Below, piece after piece: positions 39,901 to 52,720 of a stretch of 64,000 nucleotides of DNA. This DNA is from Fistulifera solaris (Eukaryota). The notes under the pieces were generated by a model. It saw only the letters and a list, made by a program, of their open reading frames with translations, did not search any database and was not told where the DNA came from. The stretch lies in the NCBI GenBank assembly GCA_030295235.1, contig AP026153.1:1-64000 (forward strand). Direction: 5' to 3'. Made by a program: the position numbers and the translations under genes. Each line of letters starts with the position of its first letter. The first letter of the stretch is position 1.

Positions 39901-42900
39901 CCTACAAATTGCTGGGTCCCAAACCAAAACCTCGACTTTTATCCGATCCCGAAAGCTGGACTGACTCCGCGACGGCGAAGCGGATCTCTTTGGACCAAAG
40001 TTCAAATTTATACAAGGCTTTATGCAAACTGTCGGGTGGGGTGTGTTCATACCCTGCGGTGGTCGTCTTGCAGTCTAACATTGCTTGCACGGGAGTCGAG
40101 TGCGACATCGACGAGCCCCGCATCGTGAAAGTAGGCGGCATGTATTACGAGTATTCACGCTTTCCCTGTGTTGAACAATCGTTTTACAGCAATCCGACAA
40201 TGATGACCAACCAATGGGGATGGTCCTACTGCGCCGATCGACGTGAAGCAGTAGGTTCTCTTGTATGTTGCCCCAATGACTATGGTGACGCCGACATCAG
40301 GTTTGTGAAGTTCGACGGAGAGAAGTTAAAATTCGATCGGGCTGCCGCACGATGCGCGGCGAATGGCATGAAGCTGTGTGACAGTCCATGGTGGGATTGC
40401 AACGACTGCAACGAGCAACTTGGGTATTGGACAAGTCACTCCTGTAGCTTGGCTGTTAAAATACACCGCGACGGAAAAGTTGGGATTGTGCACGACGTCG
40501 CTGACAAGGAGAAAATTTACAGAAGCATTCACTATAATGTCGACAAGGAAACCAAGACTTCATTCCGGGTGGATTGGCAAGGACCACTAGATTCATTCTT
40601 GAGTTCGTACAACACTCAATGTGCTTCGTTAGGCTGCAAGATCGATCCATTGGAAAATCTATGCATTTGTCCTGTCGCTGCAGTTACAAATAGCGCAGTT
40701 TTCAGCAGCGCTCCGACGGTGAATCAAGTCCTTCGCCAATTGCCGATCGGGTCCTTCGCCCCTGACATCTTGGCAGGGACTTACAGTGCGAGAGATCTCG
40801 GCAATGGCGTTGTGATGCATTCCACGGACGGTTTGTTTTCAGCCAAATCCATTTTCCGAGTAACTGATTCCAATGGGGTAACACATTTTCGAAAAAACGT
40901 GAAGTCGACCGTGACAGTGGGTTCAGGAGGGCTTTCGTTCCGTAACCCGCCCCATTTCATCTCTCTTGCGTTCCCTGAGCTCCGTGACGCCGTATATGAA
41001 ACTGATGCCGGTCTTGATCACTATTTCGTAAGTCCAACGAACTCTCCATTGAAAGCTCGATCGTTGTGTCGACAATTTCTGACAACACCCACTCTCTTTC
41101 TTTTAGTATCATCCCAACGTGGCGCCTTTCTTGGCCTCGCGAATGCTGCAACGATTTGGTCAATCTAACCCATCTCCCCGAATGATTGCCACGGCTGCAA
41201 ATGCGTTTCGAACAGGCGTTTACTCTGTGGGAGGAATAAACCTCGGAAGCAAAAAAATACGGCGATATGTTTGCTATGATGGCTGCCATCCTACTTGATC
41301 GCGAGTCTCGAGCTCCTATCCTTGATGCTGATCCAGTTTTCGGGTCGCTTCAAGAACCGTTCCTCCGCTATGTTCGCACAATGAGGTCGCTCGAATTCAC
41401 ACCGTCTCCCGATTCTCCCTTCGTTCGCTTCCAAGCGTATCTTCCTAATGAACTCGGTCAGCAACCGCACTCGCAACCGAATGTATTTTCTTACTTCAAA
41501 CCGGAATTCACTCCCGCCGGACCTGTTGGAAACGCCGGTCTTTATTGCCCAGAGTGCCAGCTTGCCGACGGACCGAAGGCGATGACATTGATGAACGCGT
41601 TGAACAGTCTTCTCAAATACGGACTGAGCCCAGATTACGGTGGGTTCGGATACGGAAGAGACCTTGAACCGGTCAAAGGCGATTACTCGAATTCATTTGG
41701 ACACTTGGCTTTGCAGCTGAGCGATTCGATGACTGCAAGCCAAGTGGTCGATGAGCTTGCCTTGCTACTGACAGCTGGTAGATTGAGTGCCCAAAAGCGG
41801 ACCATGATGGTGAACGTGTTCAACTCGCTCGTCTCAAGGGCACAAGGCATCATTACAGTCGAGCAAATGATGCTCACGACACCCGAGTTTCATACAAATG
41901 GCTTATCACAGAACGGCGGTGGCGCTGTCCCTCCCCCTCCTACTCCTTCGCTGAACACCCGACCCTACAAAGCAGTCATTTATGTGATGCTTTCTGGCGG
42001 TCTGGACTCCTTCAACATGTTCGTTCCCCAGACTTGTACCGGCAAGAATACTGACGGTGTAACCGTCAACCAACAGTACATGACGGAGCGCGGAGAGTTA
42101 GCAATTCCACTGGGCGAACGTTCCTTGCAAATCACTGCTACCGGTCAGCCATGTTCGACCTTTGCTATTCACAAGGATCTTCCGCTCTTCCGAACTCTCT
42201 ACAATGCCGGCGATTTGACGTTCTTTGCCAACACGGGAGTTCTGAACGAAGTGAGCGGCATCGATAAAGTAAATTACATGGTAAAGACGCGTGTACAACT
42301 CTTCGCGCACAACTGGATGCAACAGGAATCAAAAACAATGGATCCCAAAGCGGCGAAATACGGCACTGGTGTCCTGGGTCGACTGGGCTCCGCGTTAAAA
42401 GACAAAGGATTCACACCAGGATCTGTTTCGTTCGATCGCGAATCGATTTCCAACGAACCGGAACGTTCCAAAACACCCCGGCCGATTGTTGTGAGTCCTT
42501 ACGGTGTCAGCGAATTCGACATTAAGCCGCGGGAAGAGAAATTCGACTTGACGTCGTACGCCAAGCAGCTGAATGGCAAGCCGAGCGCGGGTGACTCCTT
42601 GTTTGGTCAGACATGGTCGTCCCGATTCATAGACGGTATGAACGAGGCCCAATTTTTCCAGGATAAGATCGAACAGGCTCCGTTGGGCGGTCATTGGGGC
42701 TGGGATATGGGGCACATCGGATATCAATTCCGCATGCTCTCCAAACTCGTGAAAAGTCGCGGTGTGAGAGGAGTCGATCGCGATGTATTCTATACCGAGT
42801 TCGGCGGCTGGGATCATCACGACAATCAAGTGTATGGCTTGCAAAGCGGCTTCCAGGAATTGAATAAATCTCTAAACTTGCTCATCACAGAACTCAAGCT

Positions 42901-43339
42901 CCAAAATGTCTGGAACGACGTGACGATTGTTCTTGCCTCCGAATTCGGGCGCACCCTAACACCTAACTCCGGCGGTGGTTCCGATCACGGTTGGGGAGGG
43001 CATTATGCGATAATGGGAGGTGATGTGAAAGGAGGAAAGGTTCTCGGTCTCTATCCTAATGACTTGACAGAAAAAGGACCGTTGAACGTCGGCCGAGGCC
43101 GCTTCATTCCGACAACAAGCTGGGACGCTGTATGGAACGGCATTGCGCAGTGGATGGGCGTCACCACGGAAGCAGAACTTGATTATTGCTTGCCGAATCG
43201 AAAGGCAACGTCCGGAGTGAATGGATTTACAAATCTCTTTTCACGAAGCGATCTCTTCCAATCTGTTGCTCGAAACAGGCGCTTGCGTGAGCGAAAAACT
43301 GCTGATGAGGAATCGGAGGAGTTACAAACCGAGAGTTAA
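36986..43339 (+). CDS. Secreted DUF1800-DUF1501 fusion protein, copy C
   Basis: Same motifs as copy A across ORFs 37171-37866, 38058-39374, 39557-39754, 39816-41168, 41267-43339. Introns 37863-37939, 39344-39439, 39746-39815, 41028-41106, plus a probable micro first exon at 36986 (start uncertain). Homopolymer frameshifts near 39515 and 41255. Confidence 0.85.
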
Positions 43340-44262
43340 GGTAAACAAGTTGTAACAATAGTAAAACATAGATATCGTTCAGCTCCATTTTTTATTGTCT
43401 TTCATTTTATGTGCGATGTTTGCGTGTTGTGCTATTCATTCTTTTGCGCAAAACAAAATGCGTCGCGACGTCAAGACCGAGACAAAATCAGTCATGTATA
43501 AAGTTTATTGACATTTCTTACTCGAACAAGAAGGATCCGCGCGGATCTTCGACGCAAATAACTGAGAAGCGCTTTATGACCAGTAGAACGGCTTTAGTCG
43601 AGGGTTTTAAAATTCTCACAACTCAAAACTATGGCTGCTACAGACTGATTGGTGGTTCACATTCATGACTAAACAGCCAGTCTTGGTAACAAAAATGATA
43701 CAGAAAAAGCGATAGTACCGTTTAGCTAAAAGGTAGCGATCATTAAGGGCACTTGTTGGAACATGAGTTGCCCATTTATCCTACTTCAAAGTAAAATAGA
43801 GGAAGAGCGCTGTCAATAGCGTCGCCTAGACAATGATAAAAGGCGAAACAAAGCCAATGCGGTGATCAACTTGACACGACTGGATTTAGTCATGAATCCG
43901 ATTTTGGTTTTTTGGTCGTTTCTTCTGCCAGAAACTCTCTTGTTTACATCACAAAAAAATTATGAATAGAAACATGACAGCTTTGACTTGGTTGTTGCAA
44001 TGGATTAACAGTGTACCAGTCTTTCGATTTAAAAAAAATATTATTCTAGGTCTAGTCTACGTCGACTCCAAGAAAACCAAGCAATGTGAACCCTAACCTT
44101 CATAGTACCGTGTGTTGCGTGTTTTTGTTGCGTCTTTTTCGTGGCGGTGCGAGAAAAGCATTTTTATTTATTGAACGTTCATAGAATCAACTGCAAACAT
44201 TCATTCGTCTTTGTACCCAAACCATCTCTGCATTACTTCCCTTCCTTCGCTAAGTTCAAAGG

Positions 44263-45805
44263 ATGTCAGGCAGGAAGAAACCGAATGATCCTCTACTGGA
44301 AGTGATTCCGCATTCCCTTCTCAAACCGGAGCACGTCGTACGCTGGAAACGAGCGGGCATCAAGCCTACGCACAAATTCCTTCGAGAGCCTTCTAGTTAG
44401 AAGGATTTCAACAAGTATAAAGGTTTGGGTGTCTTACATGAAAATGGCACTTTCATGTGTTGTTCGCCGCTTCGCGTGCGCGAGGTACCTCCCGTCGGTC
44501 ATCGCCGCGTGTACTTCATCTACTGCGATAGCGGGATTTCTCGTTCCTTCTCCTTTACCAGTCCAAACGACAAAACACTGGCTCAAACGGTGACTTATTT
44601 TATGAAATGGGGTGAAATGGATTTTCCAAAAATAAACGAATTCGAAATTTCGGCACCGCGCGGCACCTTTGATTTCCGGGCCGCTGGATCTCCATGTCTA
44701 GCGCGACTGCTTCAATTGTCTTTACCACGAAAACTAAAATTGATCAATCTGCAGCTGAGTGTAGAGCAATCTATCATTCTAGCAACACGGCCTTATCCGA
44801 TAAAGTTGGCACTTTCAGGTGGAAGGTTCGAAGATGATGGCAGCGCCTTTACGAAATGCGTCAAGAAGAGGAAAGCGTCTTTCGGTTCTTTCGTAGTTTT
44901 CAAGAAAATGCCAGTATTGAGTAAGCGCAGCATGTGTCGACTTCTTCAAGCTGAGTGTATCGATGTTTTTAAGATTTATGACCTGAGCGGCACTATTGCG
45001 CCCCTTTTCTCGGGTGCAAAATCAGTGATATATTCAGGATCAATCGCTGATCTTGACACGGATCTTGAGCAGTTCAACATTGCGACTCGAAATTTATCTC
45101 TCACGTTGGATGCGCGGCCCCGACGGACCTTTCCGGTGATTCCTGTCCCACGGACCTTTTCCGGCGGAGCCTGTGATTGCTTTTCTCCGTCGGTTGGCTC
45201 AATACTGCCATCTTATCGAGCTGAAAATCAAGTTTTGCTCATTTTGTAACTTAGACATTCCCGATGCTATTACTCGCGAGTTGTTCGGTACCGTACTCGC
45301 GAATGTCGACTCTACAGATTCTTGATTTGGCGGGTTGGTTCTGCTATATACAATTGATGAAAGAGCAGTTTACGGAACTTTTTGAATGTGTGAAAGTGCA
45401 CAAATCACTTCGAACGCTGAGAATCAATGTTCACGATAAAGAGGGAACATTTGGACCTTCCTTCATTTATCTTCGCAGACTTTTATCTTGCAACCGAAAA
45501 CTGGTTGTAACATGTGGGAATGGCAAAGTTTATACTGATAAAAAGGTACCATCAAGGCACTTTACTCGCTCAACCGTTTTTATGCGGGCTTGGTCGCAAT
45601 GGTAGCTCAATGCCCCATTTGGCGATCGTTGCTGGTAACAACGACCTTGGTAAAAAGCGCTTCCAAAAACTTTCAGCGCACAGCCCTTCTGTTCGAGAAA
45701 CATTCCGATATTTTGCACGAGCTTTTGCAACATGCTGATTTAGATATTGAGGGGCAGGAAAATTACTTTGCTTTATTACCCTCTAGACCACGACGACACA
45801 GCTGA
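44263..45805 (+). pseudogene. Unknown, possibly LRR/RNI-like family protein, paralogue 1 (degenerate)
   Basis: Collinear with 46436-47949 (DPLLE..., LSVEQSI.LATR, FGxSFIYLR.LLS.NR, TTLVKSASK.FQRTAL). In-frame TAG at 44398-44400, several frameshifts and a local duplication of GGACCTTTCCGG (45124/45152). Confidence 0.6.
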
Positions 45806-45894
45806 AGAAGAAGAACGCTAGGGAGCTCGCTTATTCAACTTAGATCGGTTTTTTACTTTGTTTCGATTAGATGTTCTGTGCATGGAAAAGCACA

Positions 45895-46285
45895 ACACTT
45901 GCCCAGATTCTCTGTGGACGTGACAATACACCGCCCGCGGATATTTTTGTGCACTTAGAAAAACACAACACGCCCAGATTTTCTCTTCCCGGAAAGGACG
46001 TTAAAACTCTGCCTGTCAGTACAAGTTTCTACGTAGATCCTACGGCCAGGCAGAATTTTAACGTCGTTTCCCGTGAACAGCCGTGAAAATCAAGAAAACC
46101 AATCCTCCAGATTTTCTGTGAATGTGAAAACACAAACCTCCCAGATATTCTGTGGGTGTGAAGATGACCTACTGGCCCAGATTCGTGAAAACAACCCTCA
46201 CTCAGTTTTTCTGTGGACGAAATCACCACATGCCCGGACTTCACAACAACACCCTCCAGATTTTCTGTCCATGTGGGGGTCAACG
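45895..46285 (+). repeat. Degenerate array of CCCAGATTTTCTGTG-like motifs
   Basis: About ten imperfect copies, e.g. at 45902, 45973, 46107, 46141, 46176, 46256, 46290. Confidence 0.7.
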
Positions 46286-46435
46286 CTTGCCCAGATTTTC
46301 TAAACGCGATTGCGTCGCGTTTTATTCGCATCCGCGTAACAAAAGCATTTTCATTGCATTGCAGTTCGTCATTTTGTCTGTGTTTCCATTTATTGCTGTT
46401 CACTTCTAAGTCTTTACTTCCCTGTTTATATTAAG

Positions 46436-47949
46436 ATGCAAAGTACAAATAAGGAATCTGATCCTCTACTGGAACTAAATCTATTTTCCCTTCTCAAGCC
46501 GGAGCACGTAGTACGAAGCGGGCGTAAAACCTACCTACAAATTGCTTCGAAAGCCTATCAATCTGCAAGAGTTCGAGAATTATAAGGACTGTTTGACTAT
46601 GTTACATGACAATGGCACTCTTATATGTCTTTTGCCGGAAGGAATAATTGATTGCCCTGTTTGGAAGGATCGCGATGTGTGCGTGTCGTTCGACGAGGAT
46701 GGTCTTTCGTTGCTCCTTGCTGGTGAAAATGACGAGGCACTGACTGAAACGGTAGCGTATATCATGGATTTGGAAGAAGACTTTCCAGAGGAAAGATGTT
46801 TTGAAGTATTCGTATCCGGCGACGAGCCCCTCGATTTCCGCTCGACTGGATCCCAGTGTTTCATCCGGCTGTTTGAGATCGCTCCATCACGCAGAGTGAT
46901 TTTTGAGCAATGTGTTGCTAAGTGTAGAGCAGTCGATCACTTTAGCCACAAGAGATCATCCTGTGGCGCTGGAATTTGTTCGCGGTATGTTTGAGGGATG
47001 GGGGCGCCGCTTTTTGGATGCACTCCAAAACCGGCAAGAACCCTTCGGTTCGTTAATGTTTTCCCTGAAGAAGCCAATCAATGAAGTCAACATGCAACGA
47101 CTTCCTTAACTTGAAAGTATAAATCATTTTCAGACCTATCACTTGAAAGATGATAAACTACTTCCGCTTTCTTCCAGAGCAAAGTCGGTGACTTTTGAAG
47201 GGGTGTTCGAGGATCTTGAAAGTGAATTTGGATCTTTGAATATTCTTACTCGCGAGCTAGCTTTCGAGTTCGATGTACAACAACGTATCTTTCCATCTGA
47301 ACGTGTCATCGCCCTATGTCGAAGACTGGCCCATCTGGGACATTTGAAAGCGCTGAAAATCGCGTTTCTCTCGTTCAACCAGGGTGTCGACATGCCTGAT
47401 GTTGTTGCTCGCGAGTTCTTCCATACAGTACTTGCTAATCTCGACTTGCAGGTGCTTGATTTGACGACTGGCCCCTTTCATACACATTGGATGATTCGAC
47501 AGATTGAAGAGCTTTTCGACTGTCTCAAGAAGCACCGAGCACTTCAAACGCTGAAAATTACTGCTTACGATGAAGAAACTTCGTTTGGACTTTCTTTCAT
47601 CTATCTTCGCAATCTTTTATCGAGCAACCGGAATTTAGTGGTAACAAATGAGAATGGTAATGTTTATGCTGATGAGGAAGGCATTGTGGAAGAGCTTTAC
47701 TCGCTCAACTGTTTCTATCAGGGATCGGCTGAAATCGTGGCTTTTTCGTCCTCGTGTCGAGCGTCGCTGGTAGCAACGACCTTGGTAAAAAGCGCTTCCA
47801 AAGACTTTCAGCGCACAGCTCTTATGTTAGAGAATCATTCCGACATTTTGCACGAGCTCATGCAATATGCTGATATAGATGCCGAGGGCCAGGAAACCTA
47901 CTTCGCTTCATCACCTTCTAGACCCGACCGGAAACGAAGACGCGGCTGA
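46436..47949 (+). pseudogene. Unknown, possibly LRR/RNI-like family protein, paralogue 2 (degenerate)
   Basis: ORF pieces 46542-46994, 46903-47109 and 47143-47949 align with paralogue 1. In-frame TAA at 47107-47109; LQVLDL / LKALKI / LQTLKI periodicity; basic tail RKRRRG. Confidence 0.6.
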
Positions 47950-49317
47950 AGATGAAGAACGCTGGAGCGCTCGCTTTTGTAATTTGAATCCACGGGTTTT
48001 GTTTGTTTTCATTTGTAACCTAACAAATCTCATTATGCACTTATACCATAACTTTTACTCTAGTTACAACAAAAGATCATACGTTCTTTTGGAACTTGTA
48101 AGTACGGAGATATTGCCAGTAAAAGTACGTCACTATTTGCAAGCCCTAGAGCCCCTCAGAGCATCTGATCCTATGATCGCTATTTCATCGACTCTATAGC
48201 CGAGATAAATTGGGTAAGACGACTCCCTTTTCAACAAGCTACGTAGTACGAAGTAGCTGTAGCATCATCGTTTTGGGCCAACGTAGAAAAGGCACGGCGA
48301 AGAGCATCCGCCTTCTGTATTTGCATTGCTAAAACGAGATATTCTTGCCTTGTTCTTGCCATAAAGTTTAGGTACGTCAGTTCGTTTGCTGATATTGCGA
48401 GCTTGCCAGTTCCTCTCTATCTCTGGTTAAAAGAGATGTTGGCATCAAATTGTAATAGCACAACTAAGGCTCCCATTCCTCGAACGGCTCAGAGGAACGG
48501 AGATCGTTCAGATGAATGTAGCTTTCATTTCTCTAATGCGGCTCGTACATATTTTACCAGTGACACCGCCTGTAACCTCAAATGCCTTCGAACTCTTTCA
48601 TTTCAGCGAATTGAGCAAAGAGAGGCAACACTCCCGTTTTTTATAAACCTTCTGTTCTGAGCAAGGAGGTGCAGCTCCCACTTCAAACAAGCTGCAAACG
48701 CAACCGCAACAACCAACAACACTCTTCTTTCCTTCCGTCTTTTTCCCTTTCACAAAAACCGCGCAATCATCACAGATCACATCTATTATAAAGCGGTACT
48801 CAATCAGTTAGACGGTGACTATCTCTACGACATCAGAGAACGTCATAGTCACTTCCTGTTGTCCGATTTAGACCGGCATCTTGTCCGTTGAGAAGAAGCA
48901 TCTTTTCCGTTATCATTCACGTAAACTTGCACATACATAGTGTTGTACATTATTGTCCGATGCTCTCACGACAAAACCTGACTCGTGTACTTATTATATA
49001 ATACTTCTTGTACCGGGAAGAAAATTTGAAAAATTTTTGTCCACCTGTTGTCCGTTCCAGGTCACTTGTGACATGCACTATACCGCTTAATGTACGTATT
49101 TTGTCTAAGTATTCATATACTTAGACGAAAACCAGCTTCGGTGCTCCTTTTTGTCGTTTCTTCCCTCGAAATTCTCCACCTATTTTTGAGGGGAGGCGGA
49201 GTTCCACTCGCGCTTACATCCAAAACCAGCCACAAACACCCAAAGGATCGTGACAAATCATCATCAACGTTCATCTCTATTCATTATTATTCGTCACTCT
49301 TCAAAATTAGCATAGAA

Positions 49318-50400
49318 ATGAAGTTTACAGCAGCATACTTGGGTCTTTGCCTTATCGCTTCGGCGGAGGCTGCGCAATTCACGCAATCGTTTCTCGAATA
49401 TCAAGCGAGTGGAGAGAACCACGGAGGCGCTTTTGAGGAGATGAAAACGACTATGACTGCGTCTTACGGATCACGCCGATTGACCCACACGCTCCCTCCC
49501 TTCATTGTCCCTCGCGAGTGCAACTACAGCGCCATTAATCACACTCCCACGTCGACGAATCCAATTGATCAGTTTGTCTGCCCGGATCGATGCGGAGCAG
49601 GCCGAACCTTACACTTCGCATAGCTTCGACATGCAACGGACCTTACGACGACGCAGGAACTACGTGCAGTGCAGTTATTCAGTGTGGAATCACCGGATGC
49701 ACGAACGGTCTGTCTGTCTGTCCTCCCATTGAAATCGTGGACTTTAACAGCGCTATCGATGAAGCTTGCGATGTTTTGTGTGATGCAGCCCCAGCACCAA
49801 CACCGGTGGCGGCTCCTCTCCCTGTACCGGTGGCTGTACCCGTTCCTACGCCTCAGATGGTACCGGTAGCACCTCCGGCGGCCATCCCATCACCGGTGAG
49901 CGTACCGACACCCCTTAGTTCTCCGGTTTCTATCCCAACACCCGTCCTTCCGACCCCAATTTCGAGTCCGGTGAGCGTCCCTACCCTTCCCACTCCAATT
50001 GGGACACCTGTGTTTGTTCCTTCGCCGGTGAGCCCTCCAGTTTTGGGTCCGATCAGTGGTAAGCGTACCGGAAATGTGGCTGCGGTGAATGCTCGATCCC
50101 CGTGCCCCTCTCGACGCTCTCGTCTCCGGTGCCTCCTGTCGCTGAAGCTCCGGTGGAAGTTGAGACCGTGGAGACGACATCTACCGAAAGTGGCACCGTG
50201 CGAGGCAGCCCCACGAGCACCAAGTCGACGAAATCGAAGAAATCCAAATCGGTAAGTGAAGGTGGCTTATGTTGTTTTTCTTGGTTGTATGAACTGTTTG
50301 AAACTCATCCTCTTGATGTTTTGGTTCTTGACAGTCATCCTATTGTGATGATAGTGCGAATGGCAACAAGAAAAGATGTTTGAAGCGAAAGTCCACCTAA
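49318..50400 (+). CDS. Secreted Pro-rich protein with RXL motif and Lys cluster (cell-wall/biosilica candidate)
   Basis: Signal MKFTAAYLGLCLIASAEA; SRRL motif; Cys-containing domain; PVPVAVPVPTP/SPVSVPT repeats; KSTKSKKSKS; intron 50252-50334; last exon SSYCDDSANGNKKRCLKRKST* (TAA ends 50400). Several apparent indels. Confidence 0.7.
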
Positions 50401-51114
50401 AGAGTGGATTGTAAAGATGAACGAAAACTCTGCTTTTCATTCCTTGGCTGTCTATTTCATTGGCGACCGCCGACCTTTCCTTTTCGAATAAGTATAATTA
50501 TTAAGTCTGCTTGAATATTGAAAGAGTACTTGTGAGTCTCTTTAGAAAGTTTGGCACATCATTTGCTTTCGTTTTGTGTCGTCCAATTTTACTTGCCTTT
50601 GTGTCGTCAAACCATTGTTCGCTTCAGCTGACGTGACCAGATGTTGGCATACACATCAATCGAAGAATCTCTTGTGAGCTTGTGCAATGAAAGGAAATGC
50701 TATACGTTCTCCTTCGGTCGACGCTCCGAATATGAACTTACACATGGGCTTCTCTTCCGTGCGTTCGATTCGATCAATCGTGAGCGCCGCGGAAGATTCT
50801 TGATCCGAGTTTGATCAATGCATCGCGCATCTTTCTCTTTCAGCTGTAATGCAAAGAATGTTGCAACGATTGCTATTGCATGAAGCTTTATTTGGATATT
50901 ATTAAGGGATGTTTGTGTCGAGGACTTCAAAAAATGAAATGTCGTTGATATTTCTTTTTCATCTTGAACAATGCTACCTTTTGGATCGTCCGTCGTCCGA
51001 ATTACTTAGGAAAAAGATAAACCAGAGCGACAAGCCCATCCAATCAAAATGCGCTAACAAAAGAGCGCCTGTACGCGATCCGGGCGTGCGTGTTAAAAAA
51101 AACTTCAAAACCAG

Positions 51115-51545
51115 CTTATCCAGAAATTCTGTTTTTCACACAGAAATCCGTAAGGTTTACAGTATAAAACCAGCATGTCCAGAATTTAAAGAAATAATGA
51201 TAGACTAGTCTAAATAGACTATTACACAGCGTTTCTGAATGACCATTTTTAGCCTGCTTAGACTTGTGTTTTGACCAGGGTTATTTCCTTGGTTTTGGGT
51301 ACCCCCAAAATCTGGGTGTACTTTCGTTTCAATCATCCAGAAAATCTGTATGTGTGTTGTCTTACGAGCTGGGCATGTGTGGCTTTTTCACGTTCCCAGA
51401 AAAGCTGGGGGTGTGGTGTTTGAACGTTCCCAGATAATCTGTATGAATGAGGTGCTCTATGTACTTTGTACTGTACTCGTACGTATACACAGAAAATCTG
51501 GATGATTGAAGTAAGTTTTCAATTTTCACGCTCATTGATGTTTTC
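51115..51545 (-). repeat. Inverted copy of the CCAGATTTTCTG motif array
   Basis: CAGAAA(A/T)TCTG-like motifs at 51121, 51338, 51431, 51490. The reverse complement of 51488-51530 aligns with 46082-46120. Confidence 0.6.
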
Positions 51546-52065
51546 ACAAGGTTTCACGTAAACCTTACCAGTACCATCGCAGCCTGCATAAAGCAATCTA
51601 ATCGTCTACGGAGAAATGGAGGTATTACTGATGTCCGAGGGAGAGAAAAAGAATAATGAAGATGATTCCTGAGGGACGTTTGGAAGCCCGTTGCGTAGAG
51701 AAGAGAGGCGGTCTTGATCTTTACTGGCGGACTAGAGTGAGCAATGACGAGCGCGGCAACGAATGAATTTTCGCTGCAAGAGAACGCTTGCTTGCGTTTG
51801 TCGAAGCTGTTCAAAGTTTTTCCTGACGCAACAGTGCAGCAATCACCCATGTAAGCAGGATTATCGGGAGTTTTGGTGAGGTTTTGGCGCAGAAATGTTC
51901 CGTCCGAAAAGCAATGACAATGACACCAATGACGAGGGAATTTTAAAAAAATGCTTCGACACGATGCACTCCAATCTCGACAACTTGAGTGACAAATTGG
52001 TCTTATTCGGAAAAAGCCTCTTTATAAGAGATTTCCTTGACTGTGCTCGACCACTGAAGCAATGA

Positions 52066-52270
52066 ACCACCGAAAGCGGCACCGTGAGAGGCAGCACCAC
52101 GCGAACCAGTAGGGGAGGATTAAGCTGCTTTGTTGGAACCGATAAAATGAATCTTTCTTTTTCGCGATTTGCTCTTGACAGTCATTTTATTGCAATGATA
52201 ATGCGAATGGCAACAAGAAAAGACGCTTTTCGTTTGCTGGCTGGCTATTTCATCCGCGACTGATGCCTTT
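52066..52270 (+). pseudogene. Truncated duplicate of the 3' end of the Pro-rich gene
   Basis: ACCGAAAG(C/T)GGCACCGTG.GAGGCAGC.CCACG and CTTGACAGTCA...GCGAATGGCAACAAGAAAAGA match 50183-50380; 3' UTR-like similarity continues beyond. Confidence 0.75.
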
Positions 52271-52390
52271 TCTTACAGGAATATTAAAGAAGCATTTATT
52301 AACTTCTAGACTTTTAATTTCAGCATAAGGACGCTTACATTCGGATGAATCTGGTTTGGTTAGCAATCTTCTTACTTTCTTGTCGTTATA

Positions 52391-52720
52391 ACAGAAATTC
52401 TGTAACAGGTCCAGAAATTCTGGACTCTACTGGCTCGGTTGTTGGTCATACAGAAATTCTTAGCTTGGTCCGCAAATTTGGACTCGGCCTTTGCGCATTC
52501 AGAAATTCTGTGACAATTCCAGAACTTCTGGACACTGTTGTTGGTCATACAGAAAATCTGTGGGTGTTCCTGAAATTCTGGACTCAGTCTATGATCAATC
52601 AGAAATTCTGTATGATGATGTTGCTGATTCAGAAATTCTGTTCTCTTTCCAGAAATTCTGGAATCAGTTATTAACCATAGTACAGAAATTCTGCTAGAGG
52701 TCCGGAAATTCTGGACCAGT
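52391..52720. repeat. Dense array of the near-palindrome CAGAAATTCTG
   Basis: At least 12 copies, e.g. 52392, 52412, 52500, 52600, 52630, 52650, 52683, often in pairs spaced about 20 bp; GTTGTTGGTCATACAGAAA also recurs. Confidence 0.85.

Noticed and set aside
52391..52720. CRISPR-like repeat/spacer appearance
   Set aside because: Repeats are only about 11 bp with short irregular spacers, there are no cas genes, and the context is eukaryotic.
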